Below, in pieces: positions 14,701-27,172 of a stretch of DNA of 64,000 bases. Position numbers and translations under genes: made by a program. The DNA is from Kudoa neothunni (Eukaryota; Animalia; Cnidaria): the NCBI GenBank assembly GCA_964304625.1, contig OZ199838.1:12192524-12256523 (forward strand). Reading direction: 5' to 3'. The notes below the pieces were generated by a model, which ran no database searches, had not been told where the DNA came from, and worked only from the letters and a program-made list of their open reading frames with translations. The stretch's first letter is position 1, and each line of letters starts with the position of its first letter.

Positions 14701-15367
14701 GCTAGCAATCTACATTATGTGCAATGGAACGCTTCCAACTAATTGGGTCTGGGGCAGCAACCATATTCCATCTCGTCCTCAAATCGAATCCCTTCTAGGG
14801 ACTCATTGCAAATCAGTGGCGCACGAAGTTATTGATCTGCTTACTAAATGTTTTTGTCCCAATCTTGCTTATCGCATTTCAGCCAATCAGCTGATTAATC
14901 ATCCCCTATTTTGGAACTATGAAAAGAAAGGATTGTTCATATCTGAAGTGAGCAACCACATCGAAAATTTAGTTCCAGGGCATTACGTTCTCAAAAAATT
15001 GGAGCGAAACTCGTGTGATGCAGTGAGAGGAAATTGGGCCGACATGGTCAGTGCTGATATCATGAAAGATGTCACCAGACATCGAACCTATCGTGGTGAT
15101 AGTGTCAAAGATTTACTGAGAGTTATTCGAAATAAGGTATTTTTGGATAAAAATCAGCTGTTTATAACAACTATTTTTATTTGTTAGAGAAATCATTTTA
15201 ACGACACATGCTCAGAAGTGTCCAGTAGATTCGAGTCTGCCGATCAACTCACCGAATATTTCATACAATTATTCCCAAAACTGATCATGCATGTTCATAA
15301 AGTCATTAGAGAATGCAATAAAAATGATATCCCCAATTTGGCAAAGTTCTTTGTCGGGGTTGTGTAA
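8764..15367 (+). CDS. IRE1: IRE1-like ER transmembrane protein: signal peptide, luminal domain, TM helix, pseudokinase, KEN ribonuclease (multi-exon)
   Basis: ATG 8764 gives a signal peptide MMLQHRYMCFLFLLAIIKTLILIDCTL. Luminal motifs LIVSTIEGSLLIIRKLDGKILLNLK (IRE1 [25 protein letters not shown]), DTLHLIDL, YRISVYNLEEKKELGRLNY, LNWIVRLDS. In-frame 3246-nt intron 9805-13050. TM FINYSALIMLGYTLMYI. Kinase fold then KEN: HPLFW...RTYRGDSVKDLLRVIRNK|RNHF...YFIQLFPKLIMH, with intron 15137-15187; stop 15365-15367. Confidence 0.88.
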
Positions 15368-16369
15368 CGAATAACGTCAACAATAAACTATCATTCTAAC
15401 AGCGAAAGATCCAAGTTCAAGCTTTCTTCGACCAGAAATATTTGCGATACAATTATGATTCGGTGGATAGCCAACTTACTCTACCATGGATACGAATAAT
15501 AACAGCGGTGACAATAATATGAATTTGCATCTTCGTTCATTTCGAGCGATTATACAATGTCAAACCAAACTCGTGTGAAAATTAGTGTTATTTACTTGTT
15601 GTAGTTTATTTTTGAATCGAGCTCATTTCTTAATTTGCATATTGTACGCTAAGCTTATGCTTATAGGGTTGCGAGAAATAGTAGACTAAGGTACACGAAT
15701 TGTTTTTGTGAAAATTACTTCATCATATATATTCTCGCGAATTCTGTTAATATTTATTGCTCACTCGACTAAGTTTTATTTTAGGAATTGAACTAATTTC
15801 ATTTTTTGGTTTAATTTATCTGGATATTTTTAATGACATGATAAATAAATAAGTTATAATATTTATTTATTCATTCGATAATATTGATGTAAAATAGAAG
15901 TATATTAAGCTAGAAATTCTTCCACTAGCTATATTTCGTAGATTTCATTAGTAAAGGCATCATTTAAGCCGTCATACTCCATATTATTCACGACGGAGGT
16001 TGGCTGTCTGGCTTATTGAACCATGATTCGATGGGTCGCGAATTCAAATCACTACAATAAGGCGAAGTCGTTGCTTCATCGATATGTCTCTGTTTCGTCA
16101 CGGAGCTATGGTTAAAGTGTACGCTCATTATTAAATGTAACGCAACTGCAGTTATAATTAGGTTCAGAATGATGGACCAGCTTAGACATTTGAATCATCG
16201 AGGATGTAAAATTAAGAAACCTAATTTCACCGGCCTCATAGAGGGATTGGTCTTGAGGAATAAGATTAGGGTTTGAAGTGGTATTGAACTTGATACGATA
16301 ATATTTAGTGGTTAAATTCAGAAAACATGAAGAGAATCTAATCTATGTGATTGGATGCGCTGTCTACAG

Positions 16370-17083
16370 CAGTGTTCCCACCGTGGAAAAATTTTGGTGG
16401 GCATGGAAACTTTCGGACGTTTAATGAACAGTTCAATTGGGATGCGTTAAATCCTGATCATTGTTGTAGCATAAGTAATGGTGAGATAATTGGGCAGTGC
16501 GGTGCACTTTGAAATCAATACATTGATTCTCGTTCTCGTTTGTTTTTAAGTGACTATTAATATCATAAAATGTACCAAAAGCAACGACTTTAATATAAAA
16601 ATGGATAATAATATTAAAAGCGGTCTTTACAAAAGTATAGTCGGAATGGTTTTGATTTCAATTTTTGCTCTTCTGTAATTGTGATCTCTATTTTTATTTT
16701 AGCCCCGTATGATATGAATTGATTTTCTTTCAACATTGTTAATTTTAAGTTTATAAGCTCCACACACACGAAAGTATTGCCTAATGAGAACTAGATTACC
16801 ACAAGTCTCATTTAACGTTGTTTTAGATGACATTAAGAACTAGACATTCATTTTTAAGGTCCAACTGTAAATTTAGTTAGATCCGATCGAATAAATTTTA
16901 ATTTTAATGAGAAAAGAGGTATACACTAAACAATATCAGATTTTACTGATATGAAGATCATTTTAAAGTCATAGTCAGTTTAAATTAAAAACCTATAAAA
17001 CCAATACTTTCGAAAAAAGCTGGGAAATGGAACTTTCCTTCAAGAAAAATTGGGCGCGGTGGAAAAAAGTTTGGAAAACACTG
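16370..17083. mobile_element. Non-autonomous hAT (Buster/Charlie-type) MITE
   Basis: TIRs CAGTGTTCCCA / TGGAAAACACTG; 8-bp TSD GTCTACAG (16362-69) / GTCTACAA (17084-91). Confidence 0.85.
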
Positions 17084-17248
17084 GTCTACAATATTCATTG
17101 AGCGGCTAAGCCAATTAGAACTCCATAGCCTAATAAACTTATTTAGAAGGTTTATTTGTGAATAATTCCAACAGAATTTTTGTCATTTATATATATAAAT
17201 AAAAAATAAACAACTATCTATTGAACATATCAGAAAATTATTATATCA

Positions 17249-17283
17249 CATGTGAGTGTAATACACGCATGGGTTATCGCTAG
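17249..17283 (+). mobile_element. Helitron-like 3' terminus
   Basis: Imperfect hairpin CATGTGAGTGTAATACACGCATG shortly before CTAG|T; 5' end not identified. Confidence 0.5.
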
Positions 17284-17755
17284 TTTTTCAAATTAGTGCC
17301 TTATGAGTTGAATTATCCTATTATTCATTTAATCTTCTAACTATGGACGAAGAACTTTACTTGAAAACGTAATTCAATCGTTTTTAGATTGTGGATACAA
17401 TCAAGTTGGTACATTAATATATTACGAAAATCTTCGTTTTTTTGATTCACAGATTAAGAAAATTATATAGAGAGAGAACGATTTTTAAATAAAATCTGAT
17501 ACGTCAATGGAATTAAAAACTAAAGATATACATAAGTGATAAATATTCTAATTGAATACTACAAATACACATAAATGATGATTATCCGAAATAAATACTA
17601 AAGAGTGCAGAGTTTTTGATTGCACAAAGGCATACGAATATGAATAAAAAAATTGGAAAATATTTATTACTGAGTAGAATTTTTAATTGGGCGCGCACAG
17701 AATAATGACGTATGTAAACTTTACAGTAGTTGAAATATTGTTCATAAGTAGGCAA

Positions 17756-20700
17756 TCAAAGATTGTAAGCAAATAAACAAGTGTTTTGAATGTGATTGAA
17801 GAATTTAACTTTTTTTGCTACAACGATCCTTTCTAACAAAGGATCGTAATTATTTACGGAGTTTTCAGTTGCCGACGATATTTCGTACTAAATGGGTACA
17901 TAAAATAATTTTTACAAAAGCAGTCAACCATACAAGTCTTGCATATACATCTTTAAGTCCTCCCTTTAGGAAAGACTCTAAAACAAATTACATTCGTCGA
18001 AGAAATTAATTGATTTTATTTGATACCTGATAGAACTGACAGCAAACTACTGTCATAAATCAGTTCCAATAATTGAAGATTAACTCTAGATACTTTCATG
18101 AGACTATAGAATCATTATAAATCGTCAAAAATGATATTCACACCAAATAATATCTTCAACATTGGTCTCAATTATATTTCCATTTAGGACGGCGATGAAA
18201 GGTTGTAAAATACAAACAGCCTAATTAATTTTAAAACAATTTTCTCTCTAAAAAACAAAACTTCAAGTGGTCTGTCAGTCTTGCTGAAACAATCAGCTAT
18301 ACGAATGGCAGTAGTCTAAATTATAAATAACACACCACATTCGAATCAAATAACGTTTGGGATCGAAATAACCACAAACAAATAATTACTTTGTCAATAA
18401 ATTTATCAAACAAGACATTTTCATCATGATCTCCAACAATATCTTTTAGAAAATGGACAGTTGCTATAGCAAACGATTTCAGACATCCATGGAAGTCACC
18501 AAGTACTAAAAATCAATTAAATCCATTTATATTCACTCAACTTGCTTACAGTATAAACTTTCAGCGTGAAGAAGTTGAAAATCGATAAGAAAGTTCAGTT
18601 GAAGTAGTTTATCAGCGACGATAACAATCAGCTTAAGCAGGAGCATATTTGAGATTGTGGAAACATTTCTAACACCCAACGTGTAGAAGAAAATTGGATA
18701 AACAGTTAGAATGGTACTTATTTTTTAGATTAAAATGTAATTCGGTCAATTCGGAGACATGAATTATGTTGCTTCGAGCTTTGTCGATCTAAACCAATAG
18801 CACATATTAACTCAAATATTTGGCACTGCCATACAATAGCAAAATTATAAACTGAAACCAGCATGCTAAGAATTCCCTTAATAAATTCTGCATTCTAAAG
18901 TAATTTAAAATCTTCAAGATTTGCGTATATTTGTACGTACTGTTATGGGATCCATCCATTGTTTAAATACAGACCTACAATCACATAATCACGATATTCA
19001 AATTTAGTAATATAAAAATCTACGTATTGATATTAATGGTGGAATGGATGGTAGATTCCTTGCCTTCGTTAAAAAGACCAACTACATTAATCAATAAACG
19101 ACAACAAAAAATTAAAAACAATTACATATGTCAAATAGACTCTTAAGTGAGTCAGGGTTGGCCCCACTGTTGGACTGGGGTAGAAAAAAAGATCCAAAAA
19201 CATTTGACAGCTATTAAATAAAGTAAAATGAAATACTCAAGTGAGTCAAATCACATGTCCAATTGGTTCATTGTTTATACTACTGATTGTCAGCGTGACT
19301 AACAACTGGTATTCTTCAAAATTGATAAAATGAGTGAATATGGTAGTATAAAAATCGATATAGAATTTGAAATTTTTAACTAGAAACGAAAAAATAAGTA
19401 ATAATAACAAAACAATGCACTCCAACCCAAAAAGCTATTAAAAAAGTTGCCGTCAACGTCCTCAACAGTGGAACTCACATTAAATTGTTAAAAATATTCA
19501 TTTGATGAACAAGACGTAAGTTAGAGCTAATTATTTTCAAGATTAATTTATTATACACTAACTATATTATTAACTAATCAATAAAGATGCAATTAAGGTG
19601 ATGCGTTGGTATATACCAGATCAGACAAAAATAAAAGCTGCTATTTCTACATTGAAGCAGTTTATATTTGACCCAACGAAAAAAATACAGTTTTTTACGA
19701 AAATTAATAAGGAAGAAGTTATTGGCATGATATTTTTCAATCCTAAATATCACGTGAATTTGAGAAATAGAAATTTTAAGGCAGATGCTGTTGGCACGGT
19801 AAATTTTAATTAACAAAATGGGTCATCGCGTATGCGCAGTGGTCCTTTTTTTACCCCCAGCGAAACTCCCACTCCCACGCTGTATACAGATTTAATTTTT
19901 CGGAATCTGTAATATTTAATTATCACTGGACCTTCTCTCTGTTATTGGATATTAGAGATAATTAAATTAAACCAAAACTATACTTACCTGAATATCATGA
20001 TCCGTGCCAATAGCTATTTCCATTAATTTATCAATAAAGCGTCGGAAATAAATAAATTTTTAAATAAACTAATTATATTATTTTTATTATCAATGTGAAT
20101 TAGTTTTGGAATTTCCAACTTCTAAGAATACTAAGAATTATCCTAACACCTAACTATATTAAGTTGGGGTTACCTAGAATACAGTGGGTAACCGATTTTT
20201 TGTAATCCCCTCAGGACCATAAAAAAGTAGGAAAATCAGTCTCGACCGATTTCTCGCATTTTTGTGCGTGTGCCTCGAGGAATAAATAAAGTTTGACCCT
20301 ACAAATTTGTACAACGATATTAATCTAACCTCGTTTTATTTAAATTATATTAAATAATATATCGCATTCAGTTTACAATATAATTAGGGGTCCTTATGAA
20401 CCCATCTAAATTATAGGAAATGCAACAAATATCCTACAAAAAAATGAATCCTCGCCAAAAAGTTTACATTAATTATTATTAATATTACTACATCTGTTGA
20501 AATTATAATTATTAAATTATTGTAATTCTCGTCTTTCTCTTGACGTAAAATACCTTCAATAAATATAGGAAATAACATGATAAACTAGCCAGTAAACGTA
20601 AAAGGGATTTATATCCATGTGTAAGTCTGAATTATCGTATGGTAATACAATATGTGCGTTTATCAAAGATAAAAAAATCTGATTATTAAAAAACAGTTTA

Positions 20701-23700
20701 TAGGATAATGGAATGAGGAATATACATACGATATTCAAATTTGCTATCCATCTAAAACAGTGTTTCCCTACAAATTTTACACCCGTACCCCCATCCTAAT
20801 TTTCGCGTAAACGTCGCACCCCCTCCTCCATGTGAACATCAAGACTCAATTATACTTTTTATTTAAATACGACAATAATAATACCAATGAAGAATGTCTT
20901 AAATTTAAAATTTTTATTATTTCAGTTCATATTTTAACTTCAGATTTTCCCATTTACTTTTAAAATAAATTAAAACCAAAATGTTTTGGTTAACTCAATT
21001 TGTAATGTATAATTGAAAAAGAATGAACATTATTTTTTCAGTCCTCATGACTTAACACTCAATGATTGGAGCTATTATTCATTCCTGCTTATATATACCA
21101 TTTTTATGTAAATTAAAAAATGAATATAAACGTAATACTAAACTATAAAAAGTATGGTCGCTTAAATAAGCTCTGTATTTAGGGGTGAAAATTAAATGAA
21201 CCGAATAGAAATAGCCAATTAGTATAGTTCACAAGAAACATTATTCCAAAATCAATGATTATTTAGTATTTATTTGATCTGACGGTTCTCTTGTTCTCGC
21301 TGGGTTTTCATAAGTAATTCAAGGCAGGACATTTTGTTGGACTATGAAACATGAAAATAGTTTTCGGAGTTTAATGAATTCGATTACTTATTATTTGTAT
21401 ATAACGAAGTCGATAAGCTTGTTTCATATGTTATCCTGTGCTGAATAAATCTAGCGACTCCCTTATTCTATATTGAGTTATATGTTAACTTAAATTTTAA
21501 GGCGGTGGGTTAATAAAAATTCAATAGATTCAAAAAGTAGGCCTTCTAAATATACTTGAATAAAAAAATATATTGTTAAAAGTGGCATTCATTTATTTAT
21601 ATGCATAAATGAATGCTCGGATTTTTGTCGTACAAACATTTTTCAAGAAAATTTAGCTAAAGTTCATATCAAAGGCCGGGTACAAATTCGAGCATAAAAT
21701 TTAAAATGTAACATAATAAAGCATATAAATATGTTATTTTGAAAGATAACAAAGTTACGATTTTACATGAAAATAACGATAGATTTTGTAAGCTGAGCAG
21801 GCTTAATATAAACTATTACCTTACTGCGCTATTTCGTAGAATCAAACAGAATAAATTATAAATTAAATAAAATATCTAATCCCATTTTTGAATTGAAACA
21901 ACAAGAAATATTATTGTACGCATTAAGTCCTTTCATGATTCAAACGGGGACTGACGAAAATTACGAAATGAATTAATTAAGATTAATTTTTAAATTTATT
22001 CTTGAATGACTCCCGCACCCCCTGTAGGGAAACACTGATCTAAAGGAAATTATTTTCATCACATGCTCATCGGAGCAAAAATAGGGTTAAAGGCGCAAAA
22101 AATTTCGTAAAATCGATTAATCTTCTTTTCGTCAAAAAAGGAATACAAATGTTTTACTCATTTGAAATTTCACAAATATTATAATAAAGGGAGTTATAAT
22201 GATTCCTTGAAAATAAGAATGGTTTTAAAACGTTTATTGTAAGATTTTTAAAAGTGCGGCAAACCGGTTACCTACTATACTAAGAATTATTTTAAATCCC
22301 GCTAAATTAAGGTGAGGCTACATATCAGACTGAATTCGTTAGAGGGTTGAAAAAGTGCTCAAAACAATCTATAATCTCCTTAAGAGACAAAATAATGATA
22401 CATTTTGCAACTTGATCCAGTAGATTATTGGATTCCTTCACAAAGTTTACATCACTAGTTAAAAAATGGAGCATATGAATAATATTTTCGACATTCTAAG
22501 ATAAAAATAATCTTACGCTGTGCATAAAAAATTGATTTTATGGGCAAGAATATCAGCTTCCACTACAGTGACCACCTTTTCATACGTCGGTTGTTCCATT
22601 TGAGCCGATAAAGAATGAATAAATTGGATCAACGCCGCGAGTAGTTCAGAAATAATTTTATTATCGACAGTCTATCGAATGGTACTCAGTTATATTCAAG
22701 GTTGATCAATCTAAAAAGCTAATGACATACGTTTGTTTTTTTCGAAAAACGGTGACATTTAGAAAGCACAACATGAAGAACGACCAAGAGTTGTAGGTTA
22801 TCGATACTTGCTATTAATTCATCGTAATGATGGCAAATTAGGCGCTATAAAATTCGGTCACTCTCAAACAAAGAAAACATCAACAACTACCATTGATTTC
22901 AGATGAGCGCACACTTTAACCTTATCGTTCTGACAATAGGAGATAAGCTCAACCACTGTATTTTTGATGTCATCAAACACAAAGTAATCCAGCAGGTTTT
23001 GGTTGAGTACGGTAACATTTCTGGTTTTCACACTGAAATACTCAGACACTAATTTCGATCAGTTTAGCTGTTGTAACGAAGGTGAGAGATAAATTACCAA
23101 AATTTTCAGGAAATGACGCAATAATATCGTTGCATGAAATTTCCAAATTTGAAAGAATTTCAAGTGACGATGTCTCTGAATCGTTTAGATCGGATTCGCA
23201 ATCGTTCTCATTGTGGCTTTCGAGTGAGGTTGCGAGAAAATGTTTCTTAGTTGGGAAACATGAAGATTCAATCGACTTTGAATTTTTAAGCATCTCACTG
23301 TTGTTGATGAAGGGGGAAATGAGATCTTCGAGCAATTCTTTGTCAGAAAACGACACAAATCGTGAACAAAACCTAAAATCAGTTGACGATATGCTGAAAA
23401 TAGCATAAACTCTAACCTTAGCGTTTCACTGATTAATGTTAGTTCCTCCTCGCTTTTATTGGGCACAATATCATTGAACTCCTACACACATTACATAGAA
23501 TAAAAAGAGCTAATCTGGACTACACTGAAAACTATTTCCATATCGTTATCACAGAATGTGAGATCTTTTAATGGGAAACTATTGGGAGAATTGAACAGTT
23601 GCTAAAAATATCTCAGACAGAAATTCAACCAACTGAAAGATACATTTAGTTTTTGACGTAGATCTTTGGTGATCGGTTTGGTCTCTTCATTTTTATTCAG

Positions 23701-25059
23701 AGAATTCTCAACGATTTCTTTAATCTTATCCAATCGATCAAAATTGTAATTGTAAATTAATTTATCGGTTGTCTACACATTGGTGTTGAATTTGAATGAG
23801 AAAATAAATATCACAATTTACTTGTTTCATCTTGAAAAGTTGGTCGAAATATTCTTTTGCTAATTCCATTTTTCCACCAAAGAAATAATATAATGCCAAC
23901 TCACGAGAAACCTACACATTGGAAACAAATATACCCATACTGCAATCTCACACATACATAAATGGTCAACTCATAAACACTCATGCAAAATCCCTTCCCT
24001 GAAAGTTCTTCCGTTGCCATATCCACTGAAGTATTAATTAAAGAACTATTATTGCTATCATTTATGTCAATATAATCGTTGATTAGTCGAAGAGCTTGAT
24101 CGATTTTAGTTGTGTCAAATTGGATTGGTATTTTTCTAGACGACAAAATTTCCTTATACAGTCGAATAATTTTGTCTATGGATTCTTCCACCTATAATAC
24201 GTCATACATTTACGTAAAAAAGTAGAGCACTGGTTGAATCAATCAGCCGCGTGAATGTAGCAATACTTGTGACGAGATTATATCCGATACAATTGGTTCA
24301 CTGTTAGAAGCTCGACCACCCATAGCTAGCACACTAAAAATTTAATGATTAACTCGATAGTTAACTAGGAATCTAGAAACCTTATCTTGGAGAGAGAAGG
24401 GTAGATACTACTATAGTACGTGATAATATACCATCGAATGACGGTTAACGCTGATGATAGTTTTTTATCATCAAAATCATTCAACGAATCAATCTCTTTC
24501 AGAAGGGGTAATTCGTTAAATTCAATTAATGCATTGATTAGTACACTTTGTTCAACAAGACTTAACCTATGTAATATGCACTCTCCAATCAGTGTCCCAA
24601 TATGTCGATATACTTAGTCAAAATTAATTCAATGTCAAACTGGGTATAACTGAAAACAGTTAAAGCTAACAATTTTGCTTTAGTGAATGAGATTCTATGT
24701 TCAGCTTCTAATATGTGAATCTAACAATTATAAAAATTAACAAATTTGAGTTTAATGTGAAATTGTGTTAGAATAACTTCACGTGGCTTCATATCCCAAT
24801 CAAGGTTGGGTAATTTTGACTAAATTATTGAGGTAATTAATTGATCGCTTGTTGGAGGCAAATTGAAAAGTTTTTACGTGTGAGATGCAACGATTTGTCA
24901 AATCTTTCAATATTCCAACTATTTCATCTTCTATATTTATCCAAACGTACCAATATAAAATTTTTTTAATAATTGTTGCAGATGGTTACTTGTAGATATA
25001 GAAAGCTTTGAAACCAACGCAACAAAACTTGTCTTCAATAAAAGCACTTCATCAGCCAT
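17756..25059 (-). CDS. INTS8: Integrator complex subunit 8, highly divergent, many short introns plus one ~2.8-kb TE-filled intron
   Basis: N-terminal KAKLLALTVFSYTQFDIELI...LSLVEQSVLINALI (INTS8 LKLLALKVAAHLKWDLDIL...LSVPVLNMLLNELL). C-terminal LLHAESLYLLGDFHGCL, IRIADCF...AVCILQPF, ELIYDSSLLSVL, ENSVNNYDPLLERIVVAKKVKFF (INTS8 IIQADIYF, KRMIKCC...VAILCQFL, DYIWDVTILEYL, ELNASNPEEVL...RRKKKFL). Joining of the two halves across ~19527-22330 is inferred; the exact junction is not resolved. Confidence 0.72.
20182..22277. mobile_element. Tc1/mariner-type non-autonomous element inside the INTS8 intron
   Basis: TA|CAGTGGGTAACCG ... CGGTTACCTACTA|TA: imperfect TIRs with TA flanks. Confidence 0.6.
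20758..22037. mobile_element. hAT MITE nested in the Tc1/mariner-type element
   Basis: Perfect 15-bp TIR CAGTGTTTCCCTACA / TGTAGGGAAACACTG; TSD ATCTAAAA / ATCTAAAG. Confidence 0.9.
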
Positions 25060-27172
25060 CTCTCTATAAATATCAACTGTGAATGATGTAATGATTATAT
25101 TAAATATGTTAGATAACACAATTGCTATAGTTTGTCACAGTCAAAATATACAATCAAACGTTGGGTAATGTGCGATACAGGTGGAAGAGATTAGAATTTG
25201 GAAGTAATGGCACACGCCTGCGCGGTTTTATACACGACGAATAATTTCATCTTTAAATGTATTTTTTCTTATTTTAAATATAATGTATTAATTAGTTATG
25301 TAAAGTTATTTTGAATAAAAATGAGTGGGGTTCTCTCGTGTAACTTTTGATGAATAATATGCATAAAAAATTTATTCTTTGTTATTCAAGTTTTTTGTTA
25401 TTTTTCAATGTAGTATAATATCGATTGGATGAATTTAATGTTGAAAACACGAATATAAGATAAGGTAAGTAACAATTATTAAACATAATGTTTTATAAAA
25501 ACATTTCATACTTTATAAATTTGAAATAAGAATTAGTGATATTCGAATTGTGGAATATTTAGTGAAATTCAGGTCAATAGAGTTAAAACAAGATAGAAAA
25601 TAGTCTTTGTGAAATCACGTGACCAACAAATTTTACGCAATTTTCAGAGTGAATATTGTCTTTTATTGATGTGTTTAATTCTCGGTGGCTGATTGAATTG
25701 AATTGAAACCAGAAATGTTTATTTTCTAAATATCAAATAAAAATATAATACAGTAGGTAATCGATATTCCGTATTTTTTTGATGCGTGCGCGGACAATTA
25801 GAAATATTTTGTATTGAAGTAATATAATAGATTCACAATTATTAATGTTTAGAAATATTTTTAACAAAAGTTGAAACAAATCTGGTGGTTATGTATTTAG
25901 ATCGTTATCATATGCAATAATGAGGATTTTAAATGAAATATTTTTGTAGTTGGGCTTTGAAAAAAAATTATTTAATTTAAATTTTAAATGGAACAACGCA
26001 AAAAATTACGCAATATTTATTTTTTAATTGGAAAGATAAACGACATATAAAGATTTAAAAATGGATGAATTATTAAAAATTGTATTATTTGTTATTTTTA
26101 ATCAAACTATATAGCAAGTGAGAATTAAAATTGAATTAATATCAAGGTTACGTTATTTAGATTTGTTGTTAAATTATTTTAAATTTTTATACCTTAAATT
26201 AAAGTAATTTTCACTCAAAAAATCTATAAATTAAAACTGTGCATTCGAGATTGGTCCACATATTTAATTTCCTCATTAAATTTTTAATTTTATAATTAAA
26301 CAACAAAACTACAAAATTTCGTGTAAGCTCAACTATTCACATCTGTTATTTTTCACAAAAACATTAATATATCTTGTTACTTTACAAATTATGGTTTAAT
26401 CATAACTTTATCTGATAAAGAGTCCCATTCTGACCTAATTATTGTCCAAAAAGCCAATAAAACAATTCAAACCATTGATTTGTTATCAGTTTTATTTATT
26501 CTATTCACATTTGTTTTCTTGTTAAAATAGGCGGGTTTTTTCTTTTTAATGAAAATATTTTCCCCACCAAAAAATAAATCCATTTTAAATCTCTTTTTTG
26601 AGAAGAGGCGCAAATTTTTCCACGTATGTGGTAGGGGTTCCGGAAACTAAAGTAATCAGGAAGCGCTGATTTATAACATTGTTTATTCACAACCTTGTGA
26701 GCGCAATCTCAGATATTATGAACTGCACGTACAATAAATGTGGTTCATAATTTTTTCTCGTTCCCAATGCGACTACAAACCACCCACTGTATTTGTTTTT
26801 AATAAACACTTTCTAGAGTTTAATAAATGTTACAAGTTTTTGCGCATGTGTGGGGCGCACACAAATTGACGACCTTGTTCCAGGCTTTTGTGTATTGCAA
26901 TATTTTTAAGAAAATATAAAATGAATTTAAAAATTCAATATTATAATAAAATTAAAAGAGATTAAGTGTATTAAATAAGTTATGAAGTGTTAACGTATTG
27001 ATGCATTGATGGGTGTAACAATTTAACTATTTGACCCTGAAAAATGACTTGGCTTGACTGTAGCAAGATTGAAAAGGGGGTTATGTTGAATAGTGGAAAG
27101 TTTTAATTTAGTAAGACAACAAGCGCTACATAATTTTTTGTTGGTTGTTGGCGCAGTGTCCACGTTCGTCCA

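Noticed and set aside
13622-15187. Stand-alone 521-aa kinase or RNase L gene as shown in the ORF track
   Set aside because: It is an internal exon: the frame joins upstream IRE1 luminal exons and a downstream exon completes KEN; there are no ankyrin repeats, so it is not RNase L.
21585-21616. 12-bp hairpin GCATTCATTTAT/ATAAATGAATGC
   Set aside because: AT-rich and inside a MITE; no evidence for an RNA gene or terminator.
22320-25119. Separate unknown gene (minus-strand ORFs 22864-25119)
   Set aside because: N-terminal motifs match INTS8 and complement the C-terminal half at 17756-19526.
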